A DNA stretch of 64,000 nt, taken from Cetorhinus maximus. Taxonomy: Eukaryota. The translations under genes were made by a program, and so were the position numbers. The notes beneath the pieces were generated by a model. That model saw only the letters and a program-made list of their open reading frames with translations, did no database searches and was not told the DNA's origin. Every line of letters begins with the position of its first letter. Positions within the stretch are counted from its first letter, which is position 1. The stretch spans positions 84,320,001 through 84,384,000 of the forward strand of contig NC_135896.1 in NCBI RefSeq assembly GCF_964194155.1, in the 5' to 3' direction. Below, in pieces: positions 62,651 to 64,000 of this stretch.

Positions 62651-64000
62651 AAGCGCAGCCTCCATCCTGCAATCCTTCTTCTTCCTGTGGACATGTAGAT
62701 GCCACAGATTAATGTAGAATGACCAGCTATAGTAGACCTCCCACTTGCAGCCAGAAAGCCACTGTCATACCCTAGTGCTGCGCTACTCACCTTTCCCTGT
62801 TCCAGCCTTGTAGTTGCGGCACTCCCTCACAGATCTTAGGTGCCTAAGAAATCTCCCACCGACTTGACATCTCCCAATCCCATTGAGGTTGGAAGAGGCT
62901 TGAGCACAGCCATGCTATGTTCACCCTCAGCAATGCCTGATTTGGTTTAGAGGTTATGCCAACCTTGCACTTTTGGAATGAGTGATGTCCTTTGGCTCTT
63001 TACCCATATCAATTGGACAAAGCATTTTACAGGATTTCAATGATCATCTAGCAGATGACTGGCAGCTGTGCCCCCTTATGGCCGCATCTCCCTTCTCACA
63101 TTCCTCACCTTTTTAAATGCTCACACTGATCACCTTTAATGTGACCCCAATGACTCTTGCAGTCTTGCATTAAAGTGTACCATTTGTTTCTGGTTCCAAT
63201 AAAGTGTTCATGGCTTCTATCAACTGAACCTTCATCTCCGTGTTGAGAAAGTAATAAGTATGAGGGTGCTTCCTGAAAGGGCTGCAGAGGCCAGCAGTAG
63301 CTCCTCCCACGCTGCCTCTGACCCCTTCCATGGAGATTTTTTCCAGCTTCATTTTTCAACTGTGTCATTGCTTCCGGTTCTCCAGATGACAGTGCTGCAT
63401 TTCTACTTCGAGCCCAGCTTCGACCCTCCCCCTGTCACCATTCACATCTCTCCAATCTTCCTGCAACCCAAGGCGTGCAACTCGACCTCCCTCTGGTAAT
63501 TCTCCAGCCTCCCCCGGTAACCCCGGAGCCCATAGTTATTGTTGTGGGCACGCCTGCCCTCTCCCCCTGAACCCAGCACTGTGAAAATCCCCATGCCCCA
63601 TGTTGTGGGCCTCACGCCTCCCCACCCTGAGGGTATGTGCACAGTGACATACAGAGGTGACCCCCCCAAAGACGAGCTTTGAGTATCCTCACCTTTATTA
63701 CATTTTCCTCATTTACAGGTTGCAGATGCCTCCCCTGACCATGACCATCCCATCTGCAGCCCAATACCGAGCCAGACACCCCCATCACCACCGACTGTGA
63801 GACTATGAGCGCACTCTGTGCCCGACCTCCATTGAGCACACAGGCCTTGTCCTCCCTGGAGCGGTAAGACACCATGCATAGACCTGTAGCATGGCCCCCA
63901 AAGGCCCAGGGCTGGCTTTAATCTCTCTCCCTGATCTTTTGGCCTCAGCCCAGGGACTATGACTGTATGTCACGCAGGTCCCCAGTTCCTTCAGGACTGA

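Larger units (their letters stand above)
58793..64000 (+). mobile_element. Decayed autonomous-type PIF/Harbinger, probably running past the window end
   Basis: Left TIR GGGTGGAATTTTCCA, the same as at 39805, with convergent Myb (+) and transposase (-) genes. Confidence 0.82.

Overview
Gene-free, repeat-saturated vertebrate DNA. The repeat set (HER1/CR1-like LINEs, DeuSINE/SacSINE1-like SINEs, L2, Penelope, RTE, Harbinger) points to a shark or other cartilaginous fish (inference). No host exon was recognised. Two elements stand out. (1) A 6.8-kb defective endogenous retrovirus on the minus strand (3326-10110) with a CCCTT target duplication and a 21-nt tRNA-Ser PBS. Its env resembles a Mononegavirales-type F fusion protein (lokiretrovirus-like), and it carries two diverged integrase segments in tandem, suggesting a recombinant. 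(2) A non-autonomous Mag-type Gypsy element (48251-51339) in which RT/RNaseH/IN are replaced by an open frame containing what appears to be a captured coiled-coil segment of host CLIP1 (CLIP-170). Also present: a Penelope element with a 14-bp TSD and an intact-looking minimal hammerhead ribozyme, a decayed Gypsy carrying four nested insertions, a near full-length CR1, and several Harbinger elements and MITEs with Myb/SANT and transposase remnants. Family calls are by-eye motif recognition; boundaries not anchored by TSDs or TIRs are approximate.
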